A stretch of 64,000 bases of DNA from Ignavibacteriaceae bacterium (GCA_023231105.1 JALNWB010000001.1:18276-82275), one strand, 5' to 3'. Positions 17,514-27,240 are shown, numbered from the stretch's first letter. A program made the numbers and translations. The notes: generated by a model from the sequence alone, not told the origin.

Positions 17514-19313
17514 ATGAACATATTTTTAGACGAAAGCGCAAAAAATCCCAAAGATACCGAAGAACATGTACAAAGTACGGAGGAATTGTTAGACGGTATG
17601 ATGATGGATGAAGCGTTGCAAAAACGTTTGAACGAGCAAGGAAAATCGGGGGGAATAGTTTTACCGCTTGCGGAGGAGATGAATTCCGTATTACAAGAGA
17701 TTGAAGGTTTTAATTTTGAATATTCCGGACAGCAAAGGATCATCAATTGGGAGAACATGGATGTGCCGTACCGTGTATTAAGACGGGCAGGCAATACTGA
17801 AGCGGGAAGATTGGTGAAGAACCATCGGCGGCTTGGTTTGTCGCAATATGGAAGAGTCCCAAAGGCGGACGGGATACAAAGAGGCGGCAGGCTTATCTTT
17901 TGTGATCCAGATTATTCACCCACGAAAGATGAAAAGTTAAGGTTAAGAATTTGGGAAGATAAGATTTTTAAGAATTTCTTTTTCCCGGCAAACGATAGAT
18001 GGGCGAACTTTGCAAAGTTTATTGGGAACGCTTATGAGGATTGGTTTGATTATGATGACATAACTTGTGAGATTAGGCGTGACGGATTAGGCGACCCGAT
18101 AGCGATGCATTTGCAAGACCCGATTATTTATAAACCGGTTTTGAAGAAGAGCAGGGTTTATCCTAATTGGCGAGGCGAGGAAGACTATATGACACCTTAT
18201 CTTGAAGATTGGGAAACAATGGTAACAGGTAAACGGGCTTTTATTGGTGAGGATGAATTACCGGTAGAACCGGATTTTGTATTGCATTACAATAACATGC
18301 GATTAGGAGCAACAACGGATTATAACGTAAGAAAGTTCCACTTTTTTACCAGGAGCGATTTTAGGTTTACACAAAGAGGTTACGGGATAGTTGAACAATC
18401 TATTAACATTCTAACTTACATTATTAACGCGCTGAAGATGAACGCAAGTAATTTTATGAACAACAAATTACCCAAAGGATTCGTGCTATTCACCGGCGGC
18501 GGAATTGGAGCGCTTCAGCTAGAGAAATTGAAAAAGGTAATGAGCGCGTACATGGGCGGAACCGCGCCAAACCGTTTTCCGATAATGGGATTGAACAGCG
18601 AGAAAGGGGATGGGAAATGGGTAGGGATAGGCGGGAATAGTCGTGAGATGGAATATCATTTATGGATAACATTATTGTTTTCTATTTTTTGCCGGTTGAG
18701 TGGAACAGATCCGCGCGAAGTTAGTTTAGGCGCACACAGTGATGCAATTCGACCACAGAGTATAGGGGAAAAAAGCGCGGACGGAGTTGTAAACGAGAAT
18801 AGGGATATGGGTGAAAGAACTTTTCTTACGCATCTGAAAGATTCACTTAACGTTACGGATAAATACGGATTGAATTTATTTCAGCAGATCACTCAGATGA
18901 AAGTTGAGTTGGATTTTGCCGGGTTTGAAATTGAAGATAAGAAACTAAAGCAAGAAATAACAAAGTTGAATTTACAGACTTTCAAAAGCTTTAATGATGT
19001 TTTGGCAGAAGAGGACAAAGAGAAATACACGTTAATGATTGATGAGGAGACGAATCTTTTTGACATCCCCGGAGTAAATAGTGAAGTAATAAGATCTGCG
19101 GTTCAGTTTAAGATGCAATCTTTTTCAAATAAGCAAGCGGCAGAACAGCAGCAGCAGGCAGTTGGCAGTGATCAGTCGGCAGTAGGCAATGGTGAACAAG
19201 GACAGCCAGGAGGAGAGGAAGGGAGTGACGGATTAACTGAGGATGATAAGGCGCTAATTGAAAAATACAAAGGAGCTAGTAATGTTGAGATTGATAAGGA
19301 GTTGCAGCAATGA
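17514..19313 (+). CDS. portal protein (by size and position upstream of MuF-like gene)
   Basis: This 599-aa protein is the first gene after late element copy A. It is followed by a small ORF and then the MuF/SPP1-gp7-like gene, which is the usual portal-MuF arrangement. Its acidic Gln/Gly-rich C-terminal tail contains a CAGTCGG-type heptamer array. Confidence 0.7.
   Translation: MNIFLDESAKNPKDTEEHVQSTEELLDGMMMDEALQKRLNEQGKSGGIVLPLAEEMNSVLQEIEGFNFEYSGQQRIINWENMDVPYRVLRRAGNTEAGRLVKNHRRLGLSQYGRVPKADGIQRGGRLIFCDPDYSPTKDEKLRLRIWEDKIFKNFFFPANDRWANFAKFIGNAYEDWFDYDDITCEIRRDGLGDPIAMHLQDPIIYKPVLKKSRVYPNWRGEEDYMTPYLEDWETMVTGKRAFIGEDELPVEPDFVLHYNNMRLGATTDYNVRKFHFFTRSDFRFTQRGYGIVEQSINILTYIINALKMNASNFMNNKLPKGFVLFTGGGIGALQLEKLKKVMSAYMGGTAPNRFPIMGLNSEKGDGKWVGIGGNSREMEYHLWITLLFSIFCRLSGTDPREVSLGAHSDAIRPQSIGEKSADGVVNENRDMGERTFLTHLKDSLNVTDKYGLNLFQQITQMKVELDFAGFEIEDKKLKQEITKLNLQTFKSFNDVLAEEDKEKYTLMIDEETNLFDIPGVNSEVIRSAVQFKMQSFSNKQAAEQQQQAVGSDQSAVGNGEQGQPGGEEGSDGLTEDDKALIEKYKGASNVEIDKELQQ
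19152..19193 (+). repeat. tandem heptamer array, CAGTCGG type (6 units), inside the portal gene
   Basis: The units are CAGCAGG CAGTTGG CAGTGAT CAGTCGG CAGTAGG CAATGGT. They encode QQAVGSDQSAVGNG. Confidence 0.85.
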
Positions 19314-19597
19314 TAATTATTAAAATTTGGGGGCAGAAAGTTTTAGAAGTTGAAGGAATTGAAACAAAGGGAACGGTAAATAATTTTCATTATGCTAATT
19401 GCGTGTTTGGGCAGCCTATTGTTGCAACAATGAAGAGTGAGGGGGCAACGGCACAGCGAGAGGTTAAGAGAGAAACAATATCCGAAGAAAAATATCTTGA
19501 AATGGTTAAGAAAGTTTCGGATAAAACCGGTTTTAATGCAAGTGAAATAGAATGGATTTTACGTACAGCCGAAGGATATTTGGGAGGAGTTGAATAG
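19310..19597 (+). CDS. hypothetical protein
   Basis: It is coupled to the upstream gene by a 4-nt overlap. Confidence 0.5.
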   Translation: MIIIKIWGQKVLEVEGIETKGTVNNFHYANCVFGQPIVATMKSEGATAQREVKRETISEEKYLEMVKKVSDKTGFNASEIEWILRTAEGYLGGVE

Positions 19598-20649
19598 TGT
19601 TAATCTCACCGCTTGACGGAAAAATTCTGCATTTAAAAGAATTAGGAATGATTGAACAAATCCTTTTTGAAGAGGTTATTTCTCCCGAAGATTTTTACAA
19701 GGAACTAACATCATTTCTAAAGAAGAATTACGACCTTGATAGTAGGGCGATGTTTACCACACAGGAACTTGAGCAGGTTGATTCCTTTATTAAAAATTAC
19801 TTTACTACAAAAATAAACGAAGCGAAGGTTTGGCTTTTACGCGCGTATGTAATGGGGCGATATTTAGCGCATACCGATCTAACCGGGAACATCTTCAGAC
19901 TTGGGAATTTAAGCAGCTTACCAAAATATGTAACGGACGCGGCAAAGCAGTACGGACTTAGCATTGAGGAGGCAATGGCATTACAGCAGGCAGTAGAAGA
20001 AAGCGCCGTGCTGATGACTAACACAACGCAGAGCACCATCCAGACAGTACGTGAGGCACTTGTTGAAAACGTTAAGACACGAGGGGACGGGAAAAAGTTA
20101 ATTGGCAAGTTGCGGGAACTTTGCAAGGATGACGTGGGCGAAATTAATAGGAATTGGAAAAGGACAGCAATTACTGAAGCCAATTATATTTTTAATAACG
20201 GTTTTATATCAATGCAGGAAGAAGGCGCTTATGTTGTTGGACTAAGCATGCCGGATGCTTGCGGATTTTGTGCCGCTGAGATTAACGGGCAAGTTTTTAA
20301 AGTAAGAAAAGATATTCCGCCGGATTACACAACTATGAAGGGAGCGGAATATGAGAAGTGGGCGAAGGTTTGGGAAACTGAAATTTGGGTAGGTAAAAAT
20401 AATTACGGCAGAAGTACAAGCAATCGTAAACGGATTGATAAGCACAGAGGGAATAAGGAAGATAATTTGCGGGAGAAAGAACATCATGAACATTCGATGC
20501 CCGTTTGCCCGGCACACCCAGAATGTCATTGCAGATGGGTTGGTATTAAACCGGAGTTTATGTGGATTGACGAACATGGACAAATGAGGGCACGGGTTGA
20601 AGATGAAGATAAATGGCAAGAATGGTACGAGAATACAATTACGAATTAG
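19597..20649 (+). CDS. MuF / SPP1 gp7-like minor head protein
   Basis: NWKRTAITEANYIFNNGFISMQEEG matches the R.ARTE...A.N.G signature. The C-terminal HPECHCRW corresponds to the HPnCRC motif. A GTG start follows GGGAGGAG. Confidence 0.85.
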   Translation: MLISPLDGKILHLKELGMIEQILFEEVISPEDFYKELTSFLKKNYDLDSRAMFTTQELEQVDSFIKNYFTTKINEAKVWLLRAYVMGRYLAHTDLTGNIFRLGNLSSLPKYVTDAAKQYGLSIEEAMALQQAVEESAVLMTNTTQSTIQTVREALVENVKTRGDGKKLIGKLRELCKDDVGEINRNWKRTAITEANYIFNNGFISMQEEGAYVVGLSMPDACGFCAAEINGQVFKVRKDIPPDYTTMKGAEYEKWAKVWETEIWVGKNNYGRSTSNRKRIDKHRGNKEDNLREKEHHEHSMPVCPAHPECHCRWVGIKPEFMWIDEHGQMRARVEDEDKWQEWYENTITN

Positions 20650-20657
20650 GAATTAGG
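20635..20657 (+). repeat. tandem heptamer array, AATTAGG type
   Basis: The units are CAATTAC GAATTAG GAATTAG GA. The array contains the TAG stop of the MuF-like gene. Confidence 0.8.
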
Positions 20658-20667
20658 AGAAAACATT

Positions 20668-20853
20668 ATGAAAAATTTATTGAAGAAAGTTAAAGTGTTT
20701 TTTAAGGGGTTGTTCCCGAATATAGGGAAGGAAGTTAAACCGGTTGTGATTGAAGAGATTGTACCGAAGCTTGGACCAAAGAAGCGAAAAAGAATTGTTA
20801 AAAAGGTAAAGAGCGGAGCGCAAACGATTAATGAAAAGGGAAAAAGGAAATGA
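20668..20853 (+). CDS. small Lys-rich basic protein
   Basis: The sequence is MKNLLKKVKVFFKGLFPNIGKE...KKRKRIVKKVKSG. The N-terminus resembles the xFG leader motif seen in the polyvalent proteins. Confidence 0.4.
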   Translation: MKNLLKKVKVFFKGLFPNIGKEVKPVVIEEIVPKLGPKKRKRIVKKVKSGAQTINEKGKRK

Positions 20854-21581
20854 CTACGCCGCAACATGGCATACAGGCTGCATTAATACAGTACGTCATT
20901 TATCCTAAGTGGTATTTAATAATTGCAGCAGCTTTATTGGGGATGCGCCCCGACTTAACGAGATTATTCCAAAAAAATCGGTCTGATTGGGCTGGATATA
21001 ATAAACTCCATGCACTTACTTTTTTAAACTTGTCGATCCCTTATTCAAACATCCACATTCTTCTTGATTCGTTTATGCACGATAAGAAAACCGGTGAGTG
21101 GAAGGCTTGGGTAAAATACGCAGAGGGAGTTTTTTGGGTAGTAGAATGGTTTTTAATGTTAAAAATATTTTATAAAGGTAAGGGAATGTTAATAGTTATT
21201 ACAGTTGGTTTATTATTTGTGACTTGTGCTGCGTTGGCAGAGAGCTATGAATATCGCGAAAGATATGTTGTTACGGATATTTTGCAGGACAGGTATTTGA
21301 CTAAGTCTTGGCATTGGTTCCAATTGTTTGAGCGTGTATTTGCAATACTCTTTGGTTATTGCTTGTCTTCCTATTTGATAAGCATAGGCGAGGCTGTTAA
21401 GGTGGTTTTCTTAATAGCCTCAGTTTTCTGGACAGCTTATGACGGGGCAATAAATATTGCGCGTAATAAGAATATTTTTTTTATAAGCGGGCAGAGCACA
21501 AGTACGTTTGATGTTTTTGCTCATCCTTGGTTAAAGATCGGTTTACTAATCACTTCACTTATTATTTTATTGTTTTTATGA
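20850..21581 (+). CDS. multi-pass integral membrane protein
   Basis: At least six hydrophobic helices are present (for example MLIVITVGLLFVTCAALA, VFAILFGYCLSSYLISIG, VVFLIASVFWTAY, LKIGLLITSLIILLFL). Confidence 0.55.
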   Translation: MTTPQHGIQAALIQYVIYPKWYLIIAAALLGMRPDLTRLFQKNRSDWAGYNKLHALTFLNLSIPYSNIHILLDSFMHDKKTGEWKAWVKYAEGVFWVVEWFLMLKIFYKGKGMLIVITVGLLFVTCAALAESYEYRERYVVTDILQDRYLTKSWHWFQLFERVFAILFGYCLSSYLISIGEAVKVVFLIASVFWTAYDGAINIARNKNIFFISGQSTSTFDVFAHPWLKIGLLITSLIILLFL

Positions 21582-21594
21582 AAGGAACAAAGCA

Positions 21595-22047
21595 ATGGCG
21601 GATGGAAAAGACGAACTTACAAGAGAATTTAACAATGAATTCTTTAAAGCAGATTATAATGAGTTTAAGGAAGAGATTAGGAACAGTCATAATTTGATTA
21701 TGAAAAAACTTGAATCGTTTGATCTTATCTATATTGTGAATGGTGGTAGTGACGGTAAGGAAGTAGGCTGGAAGAGAAAAGATTTATTTCAGGTGCTTTA
21801 TGATAATGGAGTAAAAAAGACTAAAGCGATGGAAGAAAGTTTTAAGGCGGAAATAAAAAAAATAAGAGAAGAGCTTACAGACCATATGGATAGCGGGTTT
21901 AAGAGCGGGATAGGCAAGTTAAATTGGTGGAGTTCAAAGTTATTGCCGATAATAATTTTAGCTGGGGTGATCGTATCGATTATTCTTGTGCTGATAGGGC
22001 AGCATGAATTAGCGGAAAAAATACAGAGTATTACAAAAAGCAATTAG
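21595..22047 (+). CDS. tail-anchored membrane protein
   Basis: A single C-terminal TM segment (LLPIIILAGVIVSIILVLIG) follows a helical soluble domain. Confidence 0.5.
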   Translation: MADGKDELTREFNNEFFKADYNEFKEEIRNSHNLIMKKLESFDLIYIVNGGSDGKEVGWKRKDLFQVLYDNGVKKTKAMEESFKAEIKKIREELTDHMDSGFKSGIGKLNWWSSKLLPIIILAGVIVSIILVLIGQHELAEKIQSITKSN

Positions 22048-22055
22048 GAATTAAA
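22042..22055 (+). repeat. heptamer pair, AATTAGG type
   Basis: The units are AATTAGG AATTAAA. The pair contains the TAG stop of the gene at 21595 and abuts the ATG of polyvalent protein 1. Confidence 0.7.
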
Positions 22056-22057
22056 AA

Positions 22058-25000
22058 ATGTTTTTATATAAGTTACCGGATTATGAAGGGGGATTTGTTA
22101 CTAAATCTATTGAGTGCAATTGCATAGTAACAAGAGATGCAAACGGGCACTTGCTGGACAGTAAACCGGTTAATTGTGTAAAGAAGGGAGTGAAAACAAA
22201 TTTTGGAAAGGTTGTGGATTATTCGAAGAATTTTGTAATTCTGAAAAAAGGGACTGAGCTTAAAAGGGTGAAAAGGGAAGTTCTGAATAATATTTTGTTA
22301 AAGAGTTTGGAACAACCCGAGATAACTTTAGAAAAGATAAAGGTATCGGGAAAATTTAATACACTTGCGGGGAAAGTGTTGGTAAAAAGTGAAAGTGAAA
22401 TTGTTAGGGATGTATTAACTGATCCCGATAAAGTTTTGAGTAAGGGGAAAAGTGTTATTTTTTCTAAGACGATAAATGGGAAAGAGGTTGAGGCTAAGGT
22501 TGAGAAAACCTCAATGTTTATGAATACGTTTTTACATAAAAGTATAACCGTAAAGGAAAGTGTTGCGGCGAAAAGAATTTTAATAAAGGGAATTGCAACA
22601 ACGCTTAGAGCGCCGAAGGTGTTTAATATTCAGTCGGCAGTCGGCAGTAGGCAATCGACAATGGGTGGAACTGCATGGAACGCGAAAGGGGGAATGAAAC
22701 CGAATCATAAGTACATTGAACGGAAACCGGCGAAAAGTGGAGACGGGTATATTTATCTGTATGAACTCCCTTCCGGTAAAAAGGAATGGAGAGATGAAGC
22801 GGGAAAAGCTGTTGAGGGGGGACAGACGAGCGCCGATTATCAGTTGGAAGATTTTAAGGTGGGCGACATTGTTAGGCAGGATAATAAACTCGGCCGGATA
22901 ATGGAAGCATCAACAAATATGCTTGCGGTAAATTTCGGCGGGGAAATGAAGGTGATCAACAAAAAAGAGCATGTTGAAAAGGTTAAGCAGCATCAACTAA
23001 TGAAGGAAGGGGCCACGATGCAGTATGAGGGGAACGATGCAAAGATATTGAGGATAACCGGCAAAGCGGCATTGATAAACACGGCTGATAATAAGCTAAA
23101 GGTGATCAATCTTGAAAAGCAGTTGGAGAAATACGAACCGAAGAAAGAGGAGAAACGGTTAAATAAATACAGTGATGTTTACCAGGGTGAAGCGGAGCGA
23201 AGGATAGGGAGCGGGGGAGCGGATAATTACAACATCAGTTATGAAGAGCAGCCTAAGTATAAAAATTTTGTTGACGCGGCGAAGAAAACGGGATTTGGGA
23301 GAAAGAACGATCTTGAAATGGTGAAGCGCGTTGAAACGGAAAACGGGCTTAGAACGGTAAGGTGGAACTATAACCCGGAGGATCAGAATATTAGTTTTAT
23401 GGTTGACGGGAAAGAAGATTATACTATGAATTTTATGGGGAAGAAGTATAAAATAAGGGATATTACGGAAGACGGTTACAGTTTGGAAGATGCAGAAACT
23501 AAGGAACGGGGATTGTTCCTTTCTCACAAAGATTATAATAATGATTTGAAACAACAAAGAGACGAGGAGAGAAAGAATGTTGTAGTTGAAAGAACGGGAG
23601 GGGTGAACGGATTTGAAACGGTTAAAGAACCGGCGCGAACTTTTAGGTTTAAACCGGAATACAGTGATGAAGAAAAAGAAAGGTTTGAGAAACGAGGGGG
23701 AAGAAGACCGAGCCGATGGACGCGAAGAAAAGATGAACCTTTGCAAAGCGAAGAGGAGAAGAAACGATTAACTGAATTGCAGGACGAGAGGGATAAAAAG
23801 AATAAGGAAGTTTTGGGAACGAAGGATTTTGCAGACTTTGAGAAGTTACACAAAGAGAGAGGCTTTACAATTGGTGCAAATAGATTCCATGCAGCAAAAG
23901 AAATTGAGGCAGGCGGAAGAACATTCAGAATAAAGAGTGAGTTTAAGCCGGAGAAAATGAGCTGGCAGACTTCCATCGATGGACCTGTTAAGAAATTGCA
24001 GTTGGGAGAAAAACATTTACCGATAACGGATATTTCAAAAGATAAAGTTTTCTACCACGAAGGGGGGGATGAAAAAAGTATAACCTTTGATGAGTTGAAA
24101 ACGATTAACGGCAAGAGTTTGTTTGAACCCACAAAAGAGAGTAAAGGAATTGTAAGTAATTTAGATCCGGTGAAGATATATTTTGACGATAAAGATGTAA
24201 CGAGCGGGACTTATGAAATTGTTGAAGCTAATGAAATAATTGCTTCCCACAAAACGGATGGAACGCCAAACAGAGATTACACGATATCAGACGCGCAAAA
24301 TAGAGACCGCAGCACTCCGCAAAGTATTGCACAAATAAACAAGATCGCAGCGAATCCGAATTTTGACTTTTTAAGCGACAGTAAGACCGCGCAGGACGGC
24401 GCACCCATTGTTGATGAAGATTATAACGTAATTGCCGGGAACGGGCGGGGAATAGGCGTACAGCTTCATTACAGCAACAAAGGGGAGAAGTATCGAAATG
24501 ATCTGTTGAAAAAGGTTGAGAAGTACGGTTTTAGTCGAGACGATGTTGAGAAGATGAAACAGCCTATTTTGGTAAGGCGAACGAATGTTGACGCAAAAGA
24601 GGCGCAACGATTGGGAGCAATTAGCAATACCTCACAGATGCTTGCAACAGAGGAACGGGAAGCGGCAAAAGGAAAGGCAACAAGAATTGATGACGCTACA
24701 ATAAATAATTTAGCCGATATGTTCACAAAAGGGAACCATGAATCACTTAATCAATATTTGGATGAGATTGGACCGGATGTGGTAGGTGAGTTACTGAAGA
24801 AGAAAATTATCCCGGAGAATGAAGCGCACTTGTATATTGACCCGAAGAGCGGGAAAATGGATGCAGGGCACAAAGAAAAGGTTAAGCAAATATTAACGCA
24901 ATCGGTTTTGGGAGAGAGCAGTAAGCATTTTGAGAAGATACCGGAAGCGGCGAGAGCGGGAACGGTTAAAAGTCTTGGAGATATTTTTGCGCTGAAGGGG

Positions 25001-27154
25001 AAAGCGGGTGATCTTGTTCCTCACTTACAGGAAGCGATAAAGGTTTTAGCAAAGTATGAAGCGGTTAAGAATAACTTTAAATCGCCGGATGATTTTGTTA
25101 AGCAGGCGGCAAATGACGCATTTGAACCGTTGAAAGGAAGTAAAGAAGGATTGGCTTTATTTGATCTATTAGCAGACCCGATAAGAGAAGTAACGAAGGA
25201 AAACGGAAAGAAGGAAAAGAAAAACGTAATAAGTGATTTTATCCGTAAATATAAGTTAAGTTTAGAAGGGGATATGTTTGGCGAAGGCAAACCGGCGAAG
25301 GAAGCGTTTGATGAAGTGTTCAAGCCGAGGTACGAGAAGGGAGTGAATAAGAGTTTGTTTAGCAGATTGCGTATATTTGGTAAAAAAGTTTTTATGAAAT
25401 CTGTTGATACGACAAAGAATATTTTAGCGCCGAGTAAAAAGAATCCGGGTGTAAAACGTTGGCAAAAGGTTGAGAGCGGAAAGTTGAAAGTTGCAAGTGG
25501 AAAGGTTGAGGATAAAACACAAGTGACAAGTGACAAAAAGCAAGGGGAAGAAAAGATACGACTAAAAGATGTAACAAAATGGCATGAATACACAAAAGGA
25601 AGAATGATTGAAACAATTAGAAAAAATGCCGTAGAAGGATTAAATAAAGAAATAGATAAACATCAAGCAGAAATCAAATCATATGTATATGTTCCCGATC
25701 CTTATGATTTTCGTGATACAGAGAACCCAATAGAAATTAGTTTCTCGGGAAAAGAAAAAACAGGACAACCTATAATTATCAGGAATGGATTTGAATATAA
25801 ATTTGCATATCAGAGCAATAAATACGATAGATATGATAGATCACTCACAGATAAAGAGATGCAAGAAAAAACAGACAAGAAGAAAAAAGACATCCAATGG
25901 TTGATTGATTATAATAAAAAGAAAATTGACGATATTAATAATGGTTTGATAGATAATAAATTGTTTGACGAAGAGCAGAAAAGAATTGCAAAAGAAAAAG
26001 ACGACCGAGAAATTGAAATCGCAAATAAATTCTATCCAAGTAAAAGTCTTTCCCGATCTTTAAGGGATATAACAGGAAAGAAACTAGGTTTGTCTTTGCA
26101 CGACTTTCATGATGCAAAGGGTAATTCGGCGTATATAATAACTGATAAATTTAAAATACGATTTTCTGATCATGAGAGTAGAACTGAACAGGATTTCTAT
26201 AGATTGGATGAAAAGGATAAACCTTTTCGTCCAGTTGAATATGAACCAGAGGACATTGACATAATAATTTACAAAGACCGGAGAGGGGACGCTGTTGTTA
26301 CAATCGATGGGAATAACTATGGAATTGCGGATTATAATATTGATTCAATTGAAGATTTAAGCGAGTTCATACTTGAAAAGATAAATAAAAAAGTCGTTGA
26401 TTCCGTAGAACCAACGACTACAAATGAAAGCAAACCACAATCGCTTAAGACAGAGCCGAACGCTAAAAGCGGAGCGGATGACTTAGGCAGTGATAAACGT
26501 GCCGAAGCACAGACGAAAAGTAGTGAAGAGAAAGGAGAAAAGCAAATACCGCAAACGGAGACGGAGAATTTTAAGAAGTGGTTTGGGGAGAGTAAGGTAG
26601 TGGATAGTGAGGGGAAGCCGTTGGTGGTTTATCATGGCAGCAAAACACAGTTTGAGGTATTTGATAAAGTAAATGGCGAATCATCATCTTCCGGTAGATT
26701 TGAAGGGTTTCACTTTGGGACATTAGACCAAGCCAAAATGCGGAACGGTAAAATGGTTATGGCTCTGTTTCTAAAAGCTGAAAAATTACAACGGAGTAAA
26801 GATGAAGGAGGTAGGTGGTGGAAGAAAATTCAATCTGCAAAAAGTAGAAATTATGATGGCATAATTTATTTGAACAGATATGAAGGCATCCCTCTTGAAG
26901 AATATGATGAAGCAGAAAAACGAGGAGTTAAAACAGATGCCGATTCGCTTGATCGAATGAGTGATGAGCAATTTAGAAAAAATTTCCCATCAGCAAAAGA
27001 TAGCTATATCGTTTTTTCTCCAACTCAGATTAAATCCGCTATTGATAATGACGGAAGTTTTGATCCGGAGAATGCGGATATTACCAAGGGGACGAAAATA
27101 ACGAGGCGGATAATATTTAAGAAAAAGAAGAAGGATGAAACTTTTTTATTGTAG
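22058..27154 (+). CDS. polyvalent protein 1 (1698 aa): ParB/Srx-like domain plus C-terminal ART-PolyVal-like ADP-ribosyltransferase domain
   Basis: An HKYIERKPAKSGDGYIYLYE motif is present. A ParB-like block is present (YEIVEANEIIASH...QNRDR...INKIAANPNFDFL...GAPIVDEDYNVIAGNGRG). The C-terminus FKKWFGESKVVDSEGKPLVVYHGS...YIVFSPTQIKSAIDNDGSFDPENADI matches the ART-in-polyvalent-proteins signature as I recall it. Confidence 0.85.
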   Translation: MFLYKLPDYEGGFVTKSIECNCIVTRDANGHLLDSKPVNCVKKGVKTNFGKVVDYSKNFVILKKGTELKRVKREVLNNILLKSLEQPEITLEKIKVSGKFNTLAGKVLVKSESEIVRDVLTDPDKVLSKGKSVIFSKTINGKEVEAKVEKTSMFMNTFLHKSITVKESVAAKRILIKGIATTLRAPKVFNIQSAVGSRQSTMGGTAWNAKGGMKPNHKYIERKPAKSGDGYIYLYELPSGKKEWRDEAGKAVEGGQTSADYQLEDFKVGDIVRQDNKLGRIMEASTNMLAVNFGGEMKVINKKEHVEKVKQHQLMKEGATMQYEGNDAKILRITGKAALINTADNKLKVINLEKQLEKYEPKKEEKRLNKYSDVYQGEAERRIGSGGADNYNISYEEQPKYKNFVDAAKKTGFGRKNDLEMVKRVETENGLRTVRWNYNPEDQNISFMVDGKEDYTMNFMGKKYKIRDITEDGYSLEDAETKERGLFLSHKDYNNDLKQQRDEERKNVVVERTGGVNGFETVKEPARTFRFKPEYSDEEKERFEKRGGRRPSRWTRRKDEPLQSEEEKKRLTELQDERDKKNKEVLGTKDFADFEKLHKERGFTIGANRFHAAKEIEAGGRTFRIKSEFKPEKMSWQTSIDGPVKKLQLGEKHLPITDISKDKVFYHEGGDEKSITFDELKTINGKSLFEPTKESKGIVSNLDPVKIYFDDKDVTSGTYEIVEANEIIASHKTDGTPNRDYTISDAQNRDRSTPQSIAQINKIAANPNFDFLSDSKTAQDGAPIVDEDYNVIAGNGRGIGVQLHYSNKGEKYRNDLLKKVEKYGFSRDDVEKMKQPILVRRTNVDAKEAQRLGAISNTSQMLATEEREAAKGKATRIDDATINNLADMFTKGNHESLNQYLDEIGPDVVGELLKKKIIPENEAHLYIDPKSGKMDAGHKEKVKQILTQSVLGESSKHFEKIPEAARAGTVKSLGDIFALKGKAGDLVPHLQEAIKVLAKYEAVKNNFKSPDDFVKQAANDAFEPLKGSKEGLALFDLLADPIREVTKENGKKEKKNVISDFIRKYKLSLEGDMFGEGKPAKEAFDEVFKPRYEKGVNKSLFSRLRIFGKKVFMKSVDTTKNILAPSKKNPGVKRWQKVESGKLKVASGKVEDKTQVTSDKKQGEEKIRLKDVTKWHEYTKGRMIETIRKNAVEGLNKEIDKHQAEIKSYVYVPDPYDFRDTENPIEISFSGKEKTGQPIIIRNGFEYKFAYQSNKYDRYDRSLTDKEMQEKTDKKKKDIQWLIDYNKKKIDDINNGLIDNKLFDEEQKRIAKEKDDREIEIANKFYPSKSLSRSLRDITGKKLGLSLHDFHDAKGNSAYIITDKFKIRFSDHESRTEQDFYRLDEKDKPFRPVEYEPEDIDIIIYKDRRGDAVVTIDGNNYGIADYNIDSIEDLSEFILEKINKKVVDSVEPTTTNESKPQSLKTEPNAKSGADDLGSDKRAEAQTKSSEEKGEKQIPQTETENFKKWFGESKVVDSEGKPLVVYHGSKTQFEVFDKVNGESSSSGRFEGFHFGTLDQAKMRNGKMVMALFLKAEKLQRSKDEGGRWWKKIQSAKSRNYDGIIYLNRYEGIPLEEYDEAEKRGVKTDADSLDRMSDEQFRKNFPSAKDSYIVFSPTQIKSAIDNDGSFDPENADITKGTKITRRIIFKKKKKDETFLL
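22631..22665 (+). repeat. tandem heptamer array, CAGTCGG type (5 units), inside polyvalent protein 1
   Basis: The units are CAGTCGG CAGTCGG CAGTAGG CAATCGA CAATGGG. They encode QSAVGSRQSTMG. Confidence 0.9.
25470..25539 (+). repeat. tandem heptamer arrays, TTGAAAG type (6 units) then ACAAGTG type (3 units), inside polyvalent protein 1
   Basis: The first array is TTGAGAG CGGAAAG TTGAAAG TTGCAAG TGGAAAG GTTGAGG. The second, at 25519-25539, is ACAAGTG ACAAGTG ACAAAAA. Together they encode ESGKLKVASGKVEDKTQVTSDKK. Confidence 0.8.
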
Positions 27155-27172
27155 GTGAAAAAAAGATTATTT

Positions 27173-27205
27173 AAGTTAACATATAACATTTTATATGAAT
27201 TAACA
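27173..27205 (+). promoter_or_regulatory. bipartite motif AAGTTAACA-N17-ATTAACA (copy 2)
   Basis: AAGTTAACA lies at 27173-27181 and ATTAACA at 27199-27205, with the same 17-nt spacing as copy 1, before the gene at 27241. Confidence 0.4.
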
Positions 27206-27240
27206 CAACAAACAACAATAACTCTAAAGGAGAAAAGACC

